In this document: in pieces, positions 19,783-30,130 of the stretch
How positions within the stretch are numbered: the stretch's first letter is position 1
How the letters are laid out: every line of letters begins with the position of its first letter
NCBI GenBank assembly: GCA_021734905.1
Contig: JAIPIB010000004.1
Location: forward strand, 6,743 to 70,742
Direction: 5' to 3'
Origin: Minisyncoccota bacterium
GTDB taxonomy: Bacteria > Patescibacteriota > Minisyncoccia > Phycocordibacterales > UBA918
DNA: 64,000 bases
Position numbers and translations under genes: made by a program
The notes under the pieces: generated by a model
What the model was told of the DNA's origin: nothing
The model's database searches: none
What the model saw: only the letters and a program-made list of their open reading frames with translations

Positions 19783-20292
19783 GAGTAATTTTTAGTTTCT
19801 CGGGATCAACTATAGCACAGGAGACAGACCGACTCTTTTTAAGAAGAGAAATAACATGAAAATATTACACAACAAATTTTTACATTCACAAATAGCCTAA
19901 ATATGGCTGGCTGCATGAGTGAAATGACCCTTTTTATCTGACTGTGGACAATGTGATTTGGCAAGGTTGCCCCATTTTTTCACTCAGATATCATAGTAGT
20001 GTGCTCGTGTAAGGCACCAATGGAGCGTTTCAAGAACCGCTTTTTTTGTTTCAGAAAATACCGTAATGGTTGTGTGGCGGAGAGTCCATAAAATACGCAT
20101 ATTAAACAAAACTCACACGAATCTCGTTCCCTACTTCATCGCAAGAATGAGGAACAGAGGATATATAGACCTTCCCAATGGCTTGTTATAGAGCTTGTAG
20201 TTTTTTGTATTGTCATCGTTCTTCCTCTTTCTGTTCATGCCGGGGTTTTCTCGCTCTTTTTTGATACAGCCTCAGCAGTTTCAAAAGAAGAA

Positions 20293-21189
20293 GTGGTCTA
20301 TGACTACGATACAAATGCACAGATGGTTCCCCTTCTCAAGGCTGCCCTCCATACTGATCCTAATCCAGCGAAGGGTGGAGGTGATATTATTGTTGCAGAT
20401 GGAGCACTTGTACCAAGTGGAGACAGTAATGGAAAAACAGATTTAGTTAACACGAAAACCAGTAATGGAGAAATAAGTGTATATATAGTAAGAGAAGGAG
20501 ATACTCTTTCACAAATCGCACAGATGTATGACGTAAGTTCTAAGACTGTCCTTTGGGCAAATAATATTTCAAACCCGAGTAAAATTCGTCCAGGTGACGC
20601 ACTCGTTATCCTTCCAATTACAGGAATCCGCCATGTTGTTAAAAGTGGTGACTCACTTGAATCAATCGCCAAGAAATACGAAGGTGATGTTGAAGATATT
20701 ATGGAGTACAATCAACTTGCATCAACAGAAAGTATTCATATCGGAGACACGATTGTGATCCCTGATGGAATGATGAGTGTCCCTCCACCAGTAAGGAAAT
20801 CTTCAGCATCAAAAACGAGTGGAGGCACTGCCACTGGCGGAGCATCATCATTCAGTAAGCCAATACCGGGAGCTATCCGTACACAGGGAATTCATGGGTA
20901 TAATGGCGTCGATTTAGCAGGAGTTCCCGCAGGGACAGCCGTTCTTGCTGCACTCAGTGGTGAAGTTATTGTTGCAAAAGGCTCTGGATGGAATGGTGGT
21001 TACGGTTCATATGTTGTTATCAAACACGCCAATGGAACACAGACACTTTACGGGCACCTTGCAAAAGTGTACGTTTCTACTGGACAAAAGGTTTCGACGG
21101 GAGTACCGATTGGAAGTATGGGTAATTCAGGAAGATCAACGGGACCACATCTCCACTTCGAGGTTCGTGGTGCCAGAAACCCATTTTAG
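20293..21189 (+). CDS. LysM-domain M23 family metallopeptidase
   Basis: Two LysM repeats (YIVREGDTLSQIAQMYDV..., HVVKSGDSLESIAKKYEG...) and a C-terminal M23 signature (HLHFEVR). The start annotated by the ORF track is a GTG. An in-frame hydrophobic segment lies upstream with no canonical start codon. Confidence 0.8.
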   Translation: MVYDYDTNAQMVPLLKAALHTDPNPAKGGGDIIVADGALVPSGDSNGKTDLVNTKTSNGEISVYIVREGDTLSQIAQMYDVSSKTVLWANNISNPSKIRPGDALVILPITGIRHVVKSGDSLESIAKKYEGDVEDIMEYNQLASTESIHIGDTIVIPDGMMSVPPPVRKSSASKTSGGTATGGASSFSKPIPGAIRTQGIHGYNGVDLAGVPAGTAVLAALSGEVIVAKGSGWNGGYGSYVVIKHANGTQTLYGHLAKVYVSTGQKVSTGVPIGSMGNSGRSTGPHLHFEVRGARNPF

Positions 21190-21378
21190 GCGTCGCGCTT
21201 TGTCGATTACTCAAAAAAGCTACTTCAATGTACATGTGTACACCTCGTAGCTTTTTTTGTCTGTCTCCTCACGCTATACTCTAAAATTGGTTTCTGAAAC
21301 CCACAATCCTTTCTAGTGTAACGGATACTATTGTAAAAACCCTGCGAGCCTTTGGCTCGCAGGGTTTTTATTAAGTTC

Positions 21379-22905
21379 TTACGTCTTTACCCTAAAGTGC
21401 AAAGCTTCAAGCACATGTGTTTCTTTCAATTCGTCCGAATCCTCGAGGTCGGCTATAGTGCGCGCAACTTTAATAAGGCGATGATAGCTTCTTGGCGAGA
21501 GCTGAAGTTTTTGTGCTGATTGTTTGAGGAGCTCACTTACACTCTTGCCCAACTCAATACATTCTTCTATATCTCTCGCTGACATTTCGCCGTTTGTTGA
21601 TATCCCTCTACTGGTAAAGCGGATGCGCTCACGTTCACGGGCTCGAAGAATTCTGGCTCGGATCTCTTCAGTCTCATTCCGCTCTGATGTAGTGGTAGGA
21701 TCGCGTTTTTCAACAAGTGTTTCAAAATCGACATGAGGAACCTGAAGCCAAAGGTCAATGCGATCGAGGATTGGTCCTGAGATTTTGTTTTTGTACGTTT
21801 CAAGCATTTGTGCGGCGTAGTCATTGCCCGCATCTCCTCCTCGACTTGGATTCATTGCAGCAACAAGAATGAAGTCTGCTGGAAATATTGCTGTTGAATG
21901 AACGCGAGAAATTGACACCACTCGATCTTCAAGAGGTTGCCTGAGTGCGTCAATTGCACGTCTCTCAAACTCGGGAAATTCATCGAGAAAGAGTACTCCA
22001 TGATGTGCGAGCGTTACTTCACCTGGCTTTGGATGAGTTCCTCCTCCAACAAGGGCTGTGTAGGAAGCAGTGTGATGAGGAGATCGAAACGGAGGACGTG
22101 AAGAGACACCATTTCCAGTGCCAGCGACAGAGTGGATCGATGTGACTTCAAGCGCTTCATCTACCGAGAGTGGAGGAAGAATGCCTTGAAAAGCTCTAGC
22201 GAGCATCGTCTTCCCAGTGCCAGGTGGCCCGACCATTATGATGTTGTGTCGCCCTGCTGCAGCGATCATGAGTCCGCGTTTCGCAGATTCCTGCCCACGA
22301 ATATCTTCAAGACGAACAGTGGCATCATCCCAGAGAGTTGGAATTTGTGTCGGCGGCTCAGGCTCCTTGAGTACGTGGCCATCACGATGGGTGTCGATAT
22401 GCGAGATAACTTCCGACAGTGATCGTGCGGCAATAACTCGTATCCCTGGTATGAGAGCAGACTCCTCTCTGTTTTCGTACGGAACAATAATTTCAGAAAA
22501 ACCTTTGTCGCGTGCAGTTCGCACGATAGGAAGAACACCTCGAATCGGGCGCAATGCACCATCAAGGCCAAGCTCACCAATAAAAATAGTTTTTTCAATC
22601 TGAGCCTCGATTGAGCCTGAAGAAATGAGATAAGAAATTGCCATTGGAAGATCGAACAGCGGGCCGTCTTTTTTTAGGTCTGCTGGGGCAAGAGAAATAA
22701 TTACTCGATGGTTCTGACTCTTTGGCGATTTAAATCCAGAATTTTTTATAGCACTATTTACTCTGTCACGAGCTTCTTCGATTGCTTTTCCCGGGAGACC
22801 AACAACTGCAAATGAAAACAGACCTCGAGAGAGATCTGTTTCGATAGTGACAACGTCGGCTCCGATGAGTGATGGTTGTGCTGCGTATACTCGTGCAATG
22901 TTCAT
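21379..22905 (-). CDS. comM: Mg-chelatase-like AAA+ ATPase YifB/ComM
   Basis: 508 aa. N-terminal Lon-like domain, Walker A (MVGPPGTGKTMLA) and a C-terminal ChlI-like region. Confidence 0.85.
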   Translation of the reverse strand: MNIARVYAAQPSLIGADVVTIETDLSRGLFSFAVVGLPGKAIEEARDRVNSAIKNSGFKSPKSQNHRVIISLAPADLKKDGPLFDLPMAISYLISSGSIEAQIEKTIFIGELGLDGALRPIRGVLPIVRTARDKGFSEIIVPYENREESALIPGIRVIAARSLSEVISHIDTHRDGHVLKEPEPPTQIPTLWDDATVRLEDIRGQESAKRGLMIAAAGRHNIIMVGPPGTGKTMLARAFQGILPPLSVDEALEVTSIHSVAGTGNGVSSRPPFRSPHHTASYTALVGGGTHPKPGEVTLAHHGVLFLDEFPEFERRAIDALRQPLEDRVVSISRVHSTAIFPADFILVAAMNPSRGGDAGNDYAAQMLETYKNKISGPILDRIDLWLQVPHVDFETLVEKRDPTTTSERNETEEIRARILRARERERIRFTSRGISTNGEMSARDIEECIELGKSVSELLKQSAQKLQLSPRSYHRLIKVARTIADLEDSDELKETHVLEALHFRVKT

Positions 22906-22908
22906 AGG

Positions 22909-23277
22909 TTAGATAGTGTGAGTATCATTGAGATGTGCAATGCAAGTGCGTGCGCTTGGGTTTGCATCAAGGCGAGCTTCCTCGATTGGATTTTCACACG
23001 TCTCGCAAAGACCAAATGTTTTTGTATCGATGCGAGCGAGAGCTGCGACAATATTATTGTAGCGGGGCTCGAGTGTTGCGATAAGTGCTCGACGTTCATT
23101 CCACTCTTCAACCGCATCCGCTGCAAGATTGGCATCAGGTTCTTCTGCATCAAGTTCTTCGGGGACAGCTATCCAGTCTTGAGGGTTATCGGGATTGTGT
23201 ATACCAATAGATTTGAGTTCTTCAGCAAGCTCTGTTTTCATCTGTTCTAGACGGACTTTATATATATCAATTTCCAT
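22909..23277 (-). CDS. DksA/TraR family C4-type zinc-finger protein
   Basis: The C-terminal CETCENPIEEARLDANPSARTCIAH motif gives a four-Cys DksA/TraR-type finger. An acidic coiled-coil region lies upstream. Confidence 0.7.
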   Translation of the reverse strand: MEIDIYKVRLEQMKTELAEELKSIGIHNPDNPQDWIAVPEELDAEEPDANLAADAVEEWNERRALIATLEPRYNNIVAALARIDTKTFGLCETCENPIEEARLDANPSARTCIAHLNDTHTI

Positions 23278-23310
23278 AATACAAAAAGTATACCATGGAC
23301 AAATGTACCG

Positions 23311-25203
23311 TTAAAAATTTTGAAGAAGCTTCGAGAGGGCGTTTGAGGAGCTTGTGAGAATAACAGTATTTTGGTTTATAAATGCAGAAAGAAGGATTTC
23401 ATTACCAAATGTGTCTTTAAGAATTCGAATCGACTTATTATTTTGTACAGCATCGACAAAGTTTGAAGCTGGCACTTTGTCTGACATAAAGAGAGGTCGT
23501 AGATCTTCATAGAGGTATTGTTCCCATGCGAGCAATCCAGAAAAAAGAACATCAAAATTGTACGATCGTAGCACGACGTAGGGCTCATTTTTAGTAGTCA
23601 TAACAGACCCAATCATAAAATTTTCATCGAACGAATCCAGAGTTTTCAAAGGAAGTCTTGCATCGAGAAAGACAAGGACCTCTTCCGTTGTTGCTAGACG
23701 GTGTGTGTTTTCGTCTGAAATTACTGGATATAGTTGTGTCGTTTCGGCTTGGGCATTCTGAATTGAAGATGTGAGTAGTGTGAGGAAGTTTTCCCGCGAG
23801 TCTTTTAATTGAATCGAAGTTTGGATTTTTGTTTTGAAGAACTGGGAAACAACAATTTCAGTTTCTGAAACTTGGGATGACGATGAATCACTTGTGCTTC
23901 GTACAAAGAAAAAAGTAAGTAGGGCAAGTATCACGCCAAGTACTGCTACACCAAGGAGAATGAGCCATTTGGCGAGTGACCCAACACCAGCTTTTTGAGG
24001 TATGGAGGACGATGCATCTTTTCCAAGGGAAGTAGTCGGTGTTTTTTGTGTAGTGTGTTCTGCAGGATTTTGCCGATCAACACCGCGGAACATTGCTTGT
24101 GAGGAGCGATGGTATTCAACTTCGGAAGTTGTCGTTGAGGGTTGTTGAGGTGTTGCGAGTTTGTCCGCAATGTGTTCCACGGGTTCACGCGATTTTTGTG
24201 GTTCAGATTCTTCGATTGCTGCGTAACCGTGTTTCGGCTGGTTAGGTGCTAGCGGGGCAACTGACGAAGGGGATGTAGAAACAAGTTCTTTCTGCGAATC
24301 CCGAGCTTCTCGTTTGTACGGAGGATTCGTTTTTACATTATTTTGTGAACTCGGGTATTTTTTTTGTCCAGAATTACCAGTGTCGCGTTTAATAACAGGA
24401 GCAACCATTTCTTTACGGAAATCGACTGACTCAATTTTCGGCGCGGGAGTTATTTGGTTTTCCTGAGGTTTCCCTTCAGCTTCAATAGGAAGATCAAGAG
24501 GGATCTTTTCAGAAGAACTTTCTTGAATTTTCACATCGGGTTGTCCCCCTTGGAGTTGAGCAACATCACTCGAGTATGTTCGCATTTTCTGGATAATCGG
24601 AGTTGATTGTTTGGAGACGATATGGTCTGTCGTCTCAGGTTCAGGAGGTTGAGGTTTTTCTACAACATGCGTCCATGCGGCTTTCTTTTTCTCGAGTTCT
24701 TTTTTTATGACAAGCGGTACAGGCGTCGCGGGAGAGAGACCCTCAGATACTTTTTTGAGTTTTTCAGCAATATGCTCATGGTCATCTTTTGGAACTTGCC
24801 TTGTGTGAGTTGAGGCTTCTTTGATTGTGTCGATCCGAGTTTCTGCTTTCTCAATCACCGGTTCTTCATGGTGACGTATCTCCTCAACAGTTTCAAGTGT
24901 CCCTTCTAATTTTTTTTGGGTATGACCCCACCACTCTGAAAATGCCTCATGGAGATTCTTGCCAAGCGATTGTCGCTGTCCGCGTTTATCCGAGACTATC
25001 GTACCCGTTTCCGTACCATCACTTTTATACGCTTTTGTGACATTAAAGACATCGTCATGGTTAGTGAGGTGAGAGTTTCCTGTTCCGGATTTTTCAGCAG
25101 CTCCAGACTCTTCCGCAGGAGTTGGAATATTGCTAAACGTAATTCCAAGACGGTCGTCTTCTTTAGGGGGGATGCTGGATTGTTTGTCGGAGTCTGTATT
25201 CAT
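23311..25203 (-). CDS. Large membrane-anchored protein with long disordered N-terminal half
   Basis: 630 aa. The N-terminal ~400 aa are low-complexity, rich in Pro/Glu/Lys/Ser/Thr. A single TM follows (LAKWLILLGVAVLGVILALLTFFFV), then a C-terminal ~200 aa folded domain. Confidence 0.5.
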   Translation of the reverse strand: MNTDSDKQSSIPPKEDDRLGITFSNIPTPAEESGAAEKSGTGNSHLTNHDDVFNVTKAYKSDGTETGTIVSDKRGQRQSLGKNLHEAFSEWWGHTQKKLEGTLETVEEIRHHEEPVIEKAETRIDTIKEASTHTRQVPKDDHEHIAEKLKKVSEGLSPATPVPLVIKKELEKKKAAWTHVVEKPQPPEPETTDHIVSKQSTPIIQKMRTYSSDVAQLQGGQPDVKIQESSSEKIPLDLPIEAEGKPQENQITPAPKIESVDFRKEMVAPVIKRDTGNSGQKKYPSSQNNVKTNPPYKREARDSQKELVSTSPSSVAPLAPNQPKHGYAAIEESEPQKSREPVEHIADKLATPQQPSTTTSEVEYHRSSQAMFRGVDRQNPAEHTTQKTPTTSLGKDASSSIPQKAGVGSLAKWLILLGVAVLGVILALLTFFFVRSTSDSSSSQVSETEIVVSQFFKTKIQTSIQLKDSRENFLTLLTSSIQNAQAETTQLYPVISDENTHRLATTEEVLVFLDARLPLKTLDSFDENFMIGSVMTTKNEPYVVLRSYNFDVLFSGLLAWEQYLYEDLRPLFMSDKVPASNFVDAVQNNKSIRILKDTFGNEILLSAFINQNTVILTSSSNALSKLLQNF

Positions 25204-25256
25204 ACAAGGTAATAGTACTATACGAAACTATTCTTGCTAGGGGTACTGGAGGAATT

Positions 25257-25291
25257 AAAAAATACCCGCACGATTATGCGGGTATTTTTTT
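25257..25291. terminator. Intrinsic terminator downstream of pnp
   Basis: Stem TACCCGCA/TGCGGGTA with loop CGATTA, then a T7 run. An A-run on the other side makes it bidirectional. Confidence 0.65.
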
Positions 25292-25301
25292 GTAACGAAA
25301 G

Positions 25302-27437
25302 TTATTTTTTCTCAGGAGCTTTGAGTCCACGTTTTCGCGCAAATTCTGGGTCTGCTTTTTTTATAGAGAGACCAATTTTTCCATCTTCAACTTTTGACAC
25401 AATAACATCAACACGATCACCAACCGCAAGAATTCCGTCAAGATTTTCAAGTCGCCATGGCACAATTTCTGATATATGAATGAGACCTTCGTTTTGACCA
25501 GTCAATCTTGCGAAAGCACCGAAGGTTGCAACACGAGTAATTTCAGCATTGAAGCGTTCTCCAATCTCAAACACTTTTGTAAGGTCAGCGATACGAGTGC
25601 GCGCTAGTTCTGGAGCATCACCCTTTCCTGTTATGTAGACTGTCCCGTCATCTTCGATGGTGATTTCGTCAACACCAGTTTCATCCTTAATACCATTAAT
25701 AGTTTTCCCTCCCCCACCAATGACGAGTCCTATTTGGTCAGGTAAAATTTGCATAACGATAATTTTAGGAGCTCGCGGTGAAATATCTGCACGGTGAGTT
25801 TGAATCTCAGCTTCCATAACATCAAGAATATGCATTCGAGCTAGGCGAGCTTTTTCAAGTGCTTCTCGAAGGATTTTTACTGGGATTCCACCGACTTTTA
25901 CGTCCATCTGAATTGCGGTGATTCCCTCTCGTGTTCCTGCAACTTTGAAGTCCATGTCGCCATGTTCGTCCTCAGGACCTTGGATGTCAGTAATGAGTTG
26001 GTAGGTTTCATGATTTTCCATCATGAGCCCTGAAGCGATACCTGCAACAGGTCGTGTTATCGGCACACCACCATCCATAAGTGCAAGCGTTGAAGCGCAA
26101 ACAGAACCCATTGAGCTTGAACCATTTGACGCCATTGTTTCAGAGACCAATCGAATCGTGTACGGGAAAGACGTTTTTGATGGAATAACAGCAGCAAGCG
26201 CTTTTTCAGCAAGCGCACCATGCCCGATCATCCGACGGTTCGTCCCACCAATTCGCCCAGTTTCTCCCACTGAGAAAGGCGGGAAGTTGTAATGATGCAT
26301 AAAATTTTTCTTGGTACCATTTTCTTCAATAGAGTCGAGTATTTGTGAATCATCTGGGCCACCAAGTGTTAGTGCGGCAAATATGTGTGTCTCCCCTCTG
26401 TAGAAAATACCACTCCCGTGAAGTGCTGGTGAAATTCCTCCTGCTTGAGCGAAGAGTGAACGGACATCATCCATTCCTCGTCCATCAGGGCGAACTTTCT
26501 CATGAATCGTGCCATGGTGGAGTGTTTCATCGATAGCGTGCTCGTAGTATTCGCTTGCAAGTCCGGTATCCTCATCAGGCAGCTCCTCTTTAAGTAGAGC
26601 AAGCCATGTATCTTTGAGTTCATAAAGGTGCACTTTCCCTGAACGGTTTGAAAAAAGCACTTCTTTCAATTTTGCTGCAATGTTGTTTGTAAAGAGAGCA
26701 AGAGCTCCATCACTAAGTGATGGAAGTGAGAGGTCTCGTTTTATTTTGCCAATTTCAGTGATGATGTTCTTTTGGAACACCTCAAGTTGTTCGTTTATAA
26801 GAAGTGCCTGATCGAGAGCGTTACCTATTTCGTCTTCTGATATTTCGAAACCGGCGGACTCAATCATGTTGACTTTTTTTTCTTGTCCGCAAACTAGAAC
26901 CTCATAAGAAAGAAGTCCTGTTGCTCGTTCTAAATATGTTGGGTTAATGATTATTCCACCAGTTTCGATTGATTTCCCAATACGAACAGCACCGATAGGG
27001 CCTGCCCATGGAATGTCTGAGACTCCAAGCGCTAGTGATGCACCAATGATGCTGAGAACATCAGGGTCATCTTCTCCAGCACTTAAGACCGTTGCAATTA
27101 CTTGTATTTCGTTACGGAGAGCGTGGTTAAAAAGTGGACGAACGGTTCGATCAATCATGCGTGCAGAAAGCACAGCCCCGTCGCTTGGTCGCCCTTCTCT
27201 TCGCTGAAATCTGCTCCCTAGAATTTGCCCCGTCGCATAAAATTTTTCCTCAAATTCTACAGAAAGTGGAAAATATGACATTCCACTCGCACTACGACTA
27301 CTCATAACGGCGGTAACTAAAACGACAGTCTCACCCATAGTGATCATGACTGAACCATGTGCCTGATTAGTAAGATCTGTAAAATTTGCAGTCAACGTCT
27401 TTCCAGCGATTTCGATACTATATGATTTTTTCTCCAT
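25302..27437 (-). CDS. pnp: Polyribonucleotide nucleotidyltransferase (PNPase)
   Basis: 711 aa. Two RNase PH-like domains followed by C-terminal KH and S1 domains (GDRVDVIVSKVEDGKIGLSIK). Confidence 0.93.
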   Translation of the reverse strand: MEKKSYSIEIAGKTLTANFTDLTNQAHGSVMITMGETVVLVTAVMSSRSASGMSYFPLSVEFEEKFYATGQILGSRFQRREGRPSDGAVLSARMIDRTVRPLFNHALRNEIQVIATVLSAGEDDPDVLSIIGASLALGVSDIPWAGPIGAVRIGKSIETGGIIINPTYLERATGLLSYEVLVCGQEKKVNMIESAGFEISEDEIGNALDQALLINEQLEVFQKNIITEIGKIKRDLSLPSLSDGALALFTNNIAAKLKEVLFSNRSGKVHLYELKDTWLALLKEELPDEDTGLASEYYEHAIDETLHHGTIHEKVRPDGRGMDDVRSLFAQAGGISPALHGSGIFYRGETHIFAALTLGGPDDSQILDSIEENGTKKNFMHHYNFPPFSVGETGRIGGTNRRMIGHGALAEKALAAVIPSKTSFPYTIRLVSETMASNGSSSMGSVCASTLALMDGGVPITRPVAGIASGLMMENHETYQLITDIQGPEDEHGDMDFKVAGTREGITAIQMDVKVGGIPVKILREALEKARLARMHILDVMEAEIQTHRADISPRAPKIIVMQILPDQIGLVIGGGGKTINGIKDETGVDEITIEDDGTVYITGKGDAPELARTRIADLTKVFEIGERFNAEITRVATFGAFARLTGQNEGLIHISEIVPWRLENLDGILAVGDRVDVIVSKVEDGKIGLSIKKADPEFARKRGLKAPEKK

Positions 27438-27552
27438 ATAACTTCATGATGGTTGCGAGCGATCCAGATTTCAGATTTCAAACAGCATTGAAGCTTGAAA
27501 TCCACCTATCTGCATCGCTCATGAATAATGTGCACAGTGTAGCAAAACCTAT

Positions 27553-27597
27553 CAAAAAAAACACCTATCGAGATACGGTCTCGATAGGTGTTTTTTA
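27553..27597. terminator. Intrinsic terminator between the NYN gene and pnp
   Basis: Perfect 12-bp stem CACCTATCGAGA / TCTCGATAGGTG with loop TACGG, flanked by an A8 run and a T6 run. Confidence 0.65.
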
Positions 27598-27619
27598 ACG
27601 CTATACAAAGGACGAATAA

Positions 27620-28189
27620 TTAATCGTCGTCTGTATCAGTGCCGACAATTTTTCGAATTTGTTTACGAAGGCGATTGTTTCCCTTTAGTCCAATCAGAAA
27701 TTGACTTGGAGTATCATCCATATCAATAAAGTCGTCAACACATTCTTTAAGTCGTGATGAACTCGATTTTCCAAATGCAATACACTCAACCTGACACCCT
27801 TGTGATTTTACGTATTCAACGAGAGGAACGAAGTCCCCGTCTCCTGTTGCGATTATGATTGAATCAACTTTGTTTGAATGCTTAATAGCATCAACAGCAA
27901 GGCCGACGTCCCAGTCTGCTTTTTTGGCACCGCCAAAAAATATTTGAAGGTCCTTCGTTTTTACTTCGATACCGATTTTTTCAAGGGCTTCGAAAAACGA
28001 CTGTTCCTCACCGCTCTCTGTGGTAACAACATAGGCTATTGCTCGTACGAGTTTTCTATCTCCAAGTGCAGCTTTAACGACCGCATCAAAGTTAACCTTT
28101 GCTCGGTATATGTTTTTCGCACAGTGGTAGAGGTTCTGTGTATCGATAAAAATAGCGACACGTTGTTCTTTATGTTTTATAACTGACAT
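27620..28189 (-). CDS. NYN-domain (LabA-like, PIN-related) putative RNase
   Basis: 189 aa. Motif pattern IFIDTQNLY...ATGDGDFVPLV is typical of NYN/DUF88 nucleases. Confidence 0.75.
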   Translation of the reverse strand: MSVIKHKEQRVAIFIDTQNLYHCAKNIYRAKVNFDAVVKAALGDRKLVRAIAYVVTTESGEEQSFFEALEKIGIEVKTKDLQIFFGGAKKADWDVGLAVDAIKHSNKVDSIIIATGDGDFVPLVEYVKSQGCQVECIAFGKSSSSRLKECVDDFIDMDDTPSQFLIGLKGNNRLRKQIRKIVGTDTDDD

Positions 28190-28323
28190 GTTATTCGGGA
28201 CTATTGTATATAAAAATGTACATTCACTTCACAGCTTCTCTTAATTAGTATAGCAGAAATAGCAGCGTGAAGAGAAACACGCACATTCCTTTTAGGAATG
28301 TGCGTGTTTCGAGTTCCTCGCAA

Positions 28324-28590
28324 TTACTTCTTGAGATTGAGTTTCTTGAGGAGAGACTTATACGCCTTCTCATCATGTAGTGCAAGATACTTAAGATGCT
28401 TGCGTCTATCAGCAACCATTTGAAGTAGACCTCGACGAGAATGAAAATCTTTCAGATTCTTTTTGAGGTGCTTCGAAAGTTCGTCTATCTGCTTTGTGAG
28501 AATAGCAACCTGCGCTTCAGGCGAGCCTGTATCGCTGTCATGCCGACGAACTTCCTTTATTACGTTTTCTTTCTTTCGTTTTGTAAGCAT
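28324..28590 (-). CDS. rpsO: 30S ribosomal protein S15
   Basis: 88 aa. The C-terminal HLKKNLKDFHSRRGLLQMVADRRKHLKYL region is highly conserved in S15; the gene is upstream of pnp, as in the canonical operon. Confidence 0.9.
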   Translation of the reverse strand: MLTKRKKENVIKEVRRHDSDTGSPEAQVAILTKQIDELSKHLKKNLKDFHSRRGLLQMVADRRKHLKYLALHDEKAYKSLLKKLNLKK

Positions 28591-28710
28591 AATGTTTTAA
28601 AAATGCGCCTCAATGTGTAGATAGCACACGGACGCTATTAAATCGTAACCTGCGAAGGTTATAACTACTCTACCACAGATTGACATATTTTGCAAGCTCT
28701 GCTCTAGTCA

Positions 28711-28992
28711 TCATTCATGAGCAGAAAGAGTGGATTTTCTCACCACAATATAGGTTCCAACCCATGAGCCCATAGCGAGAGGTACTATATAGAGGTAGTT
28801 TTGCACGTAGTTAAGAACCCCAAATGCGAGGAGAAAGTGCATGAGTGCCCCGGTTGTTGCGGCTTGAAATGGTCTTTTCCCAGCCACAGCGAGTGTGTAG
28901 TGAGCGTACATACCATCAATGATTATGTAAACAACAAAAATGAGAAATGCTGTTGTGATTTGAAGCTCTTGCCAATGCAAACCAATATCCAT
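28711..28992 (-). CDS. Small three-TM membrane protein
   Basis: 93 aa ORF, hydrophobic throughout; no other support. Confidence 0.35.
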   Translation of the reverse strand: MDIGLHWQELQITTAFLIFVVYIIIDGMYAHYTLAVAGKRPFQAATTGALMHFLLAFGVLNYVQNYLYIVPLAMGSWVGTYIVVRKSTLSAHE

Positions 28993-29063
28993 GAATAAAA
29001 TTATACACGATTCCGTAGGCGCATTCTGTTATTGTGCGACACTCCTCATGTACTATATATAGT

Positions 29064-29990
29064 ATGAAACTATCTGAGCTCAAACGAGAATTTCTTGAGT
29101 ACTTAGAAATCGAAAAAGGACGAAGTATTCTTACGATTTCAAATTACGATAGATACTTGGCTCGGTTTTTGACGTATGCAAATACAGAAGATCCCCAAAA
29201 ACTCACGGAGCAGACTGTTAGAGAATATCGTCTCTGGCTTAATAGACAGCCTGGGACAAAAACAGGACGTCAGATTGATACTTTAAAACGAAAAACGCAA
29301 AACTACTACCTCATTGCACTCCGCGCATTCCTTAAGTACCTCCGAAAGCGGAGTATTGAATCACTTAACCCAGAACTTATTGAACTTGCGAAAGTTCCTG
29401 ATAGATCACTTGATCTCATCTCCACACAAGAACTTAACCGACTTATGGATGCGCCTGATGTAAACACTACTCGGGGACTTCGTGACCATGCCATACTCGA
29501 GCTTCTTTTTTCAACAGGGCTTCGTGTTTCTGAATTATGTTCGTTATCACAAGAGGATGTCGATCTTTCGCGAGATGAGTTTTCTGTTCGAGGAAAAGGA
29601 GACAAGGTTCGCGTCGTCTTTCTTTCTGACACAGCACGTAATGCAATCAAAGAATATTTGAAAGTGCGAAAGGACTTTGACGATGCAATGTTTGTTCAGT
29701 ATGGAAAAAATAGTAAAAAAGAGGAAGTGAAAAACAAAGACCTGCGACTTACTCCACGAAGTGTGCAACGTATTATTAAACAGTACGCAACGATTGCTGG
29801 CATTACGCGGAAAGTAACCCCGCATGTTATTCGACACTCTTTCGCCACTGACCTTCTCAGTAATGGCGCTGATATTCGTTCGGTGCAGGCGCTCCTCGGA
29901 CACGCCAATATTGCAACGACGCAAATATACACCCATGTCACTGACAAACACCTCCGCGACATCCACAAGAAATTTCATTCGCGGGGGTAA
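29064..29990 (+). CDS. xerC: Tyrosine recombinase XerC/XerD family
   Basis: Catalytic residues (RHSFATDLL...LGHANIATTQIYTHV) and an N-terminal core-binding domain. The start is taken at the ATG of MKLSELKREF; the ORF track start at 29034 adds 10 aa. Confidence 0.85.
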   Translation: MKLSELKREFLEYLEIEKGRSILTISNYDRYLARFLTYANTEDPQKLTEQTVREYRLWLNRQPGTKTGRQIDTLKRKTQNYYLIALRAFLKYLRKRSIESLNPELIELAKVPDRSLDLISTQELNRLMDAPDVNTTRGLRDHAILELLFSTGLRVSELCSLSQEDVDLSRDEFSVRGKGDKVRVVFLSDTARNAIKEYLKVRKDFDDAMFVQYGKNSKKEEVKNKDLRLTPRSVQRIIKQYATIAGITRKVTPHVIRHSFATDLLSNGADIRSVQALLGHANIATTQIYTHVTDKHLRDIHKKFHSRG

Positions 29991-30130
29991 GTACTATTTT
30001 AAAAAATCCGCGCATGACTTTGTTATAAGTAGGTTTTGTTGACCAAATGAGTCCTTCAGAGTACTCTTCTCCCCAGATTACATAGTTCATTTCGGGCTGT
30101 GATCTTCGACAACTTTCGAGGAGTAATTCC

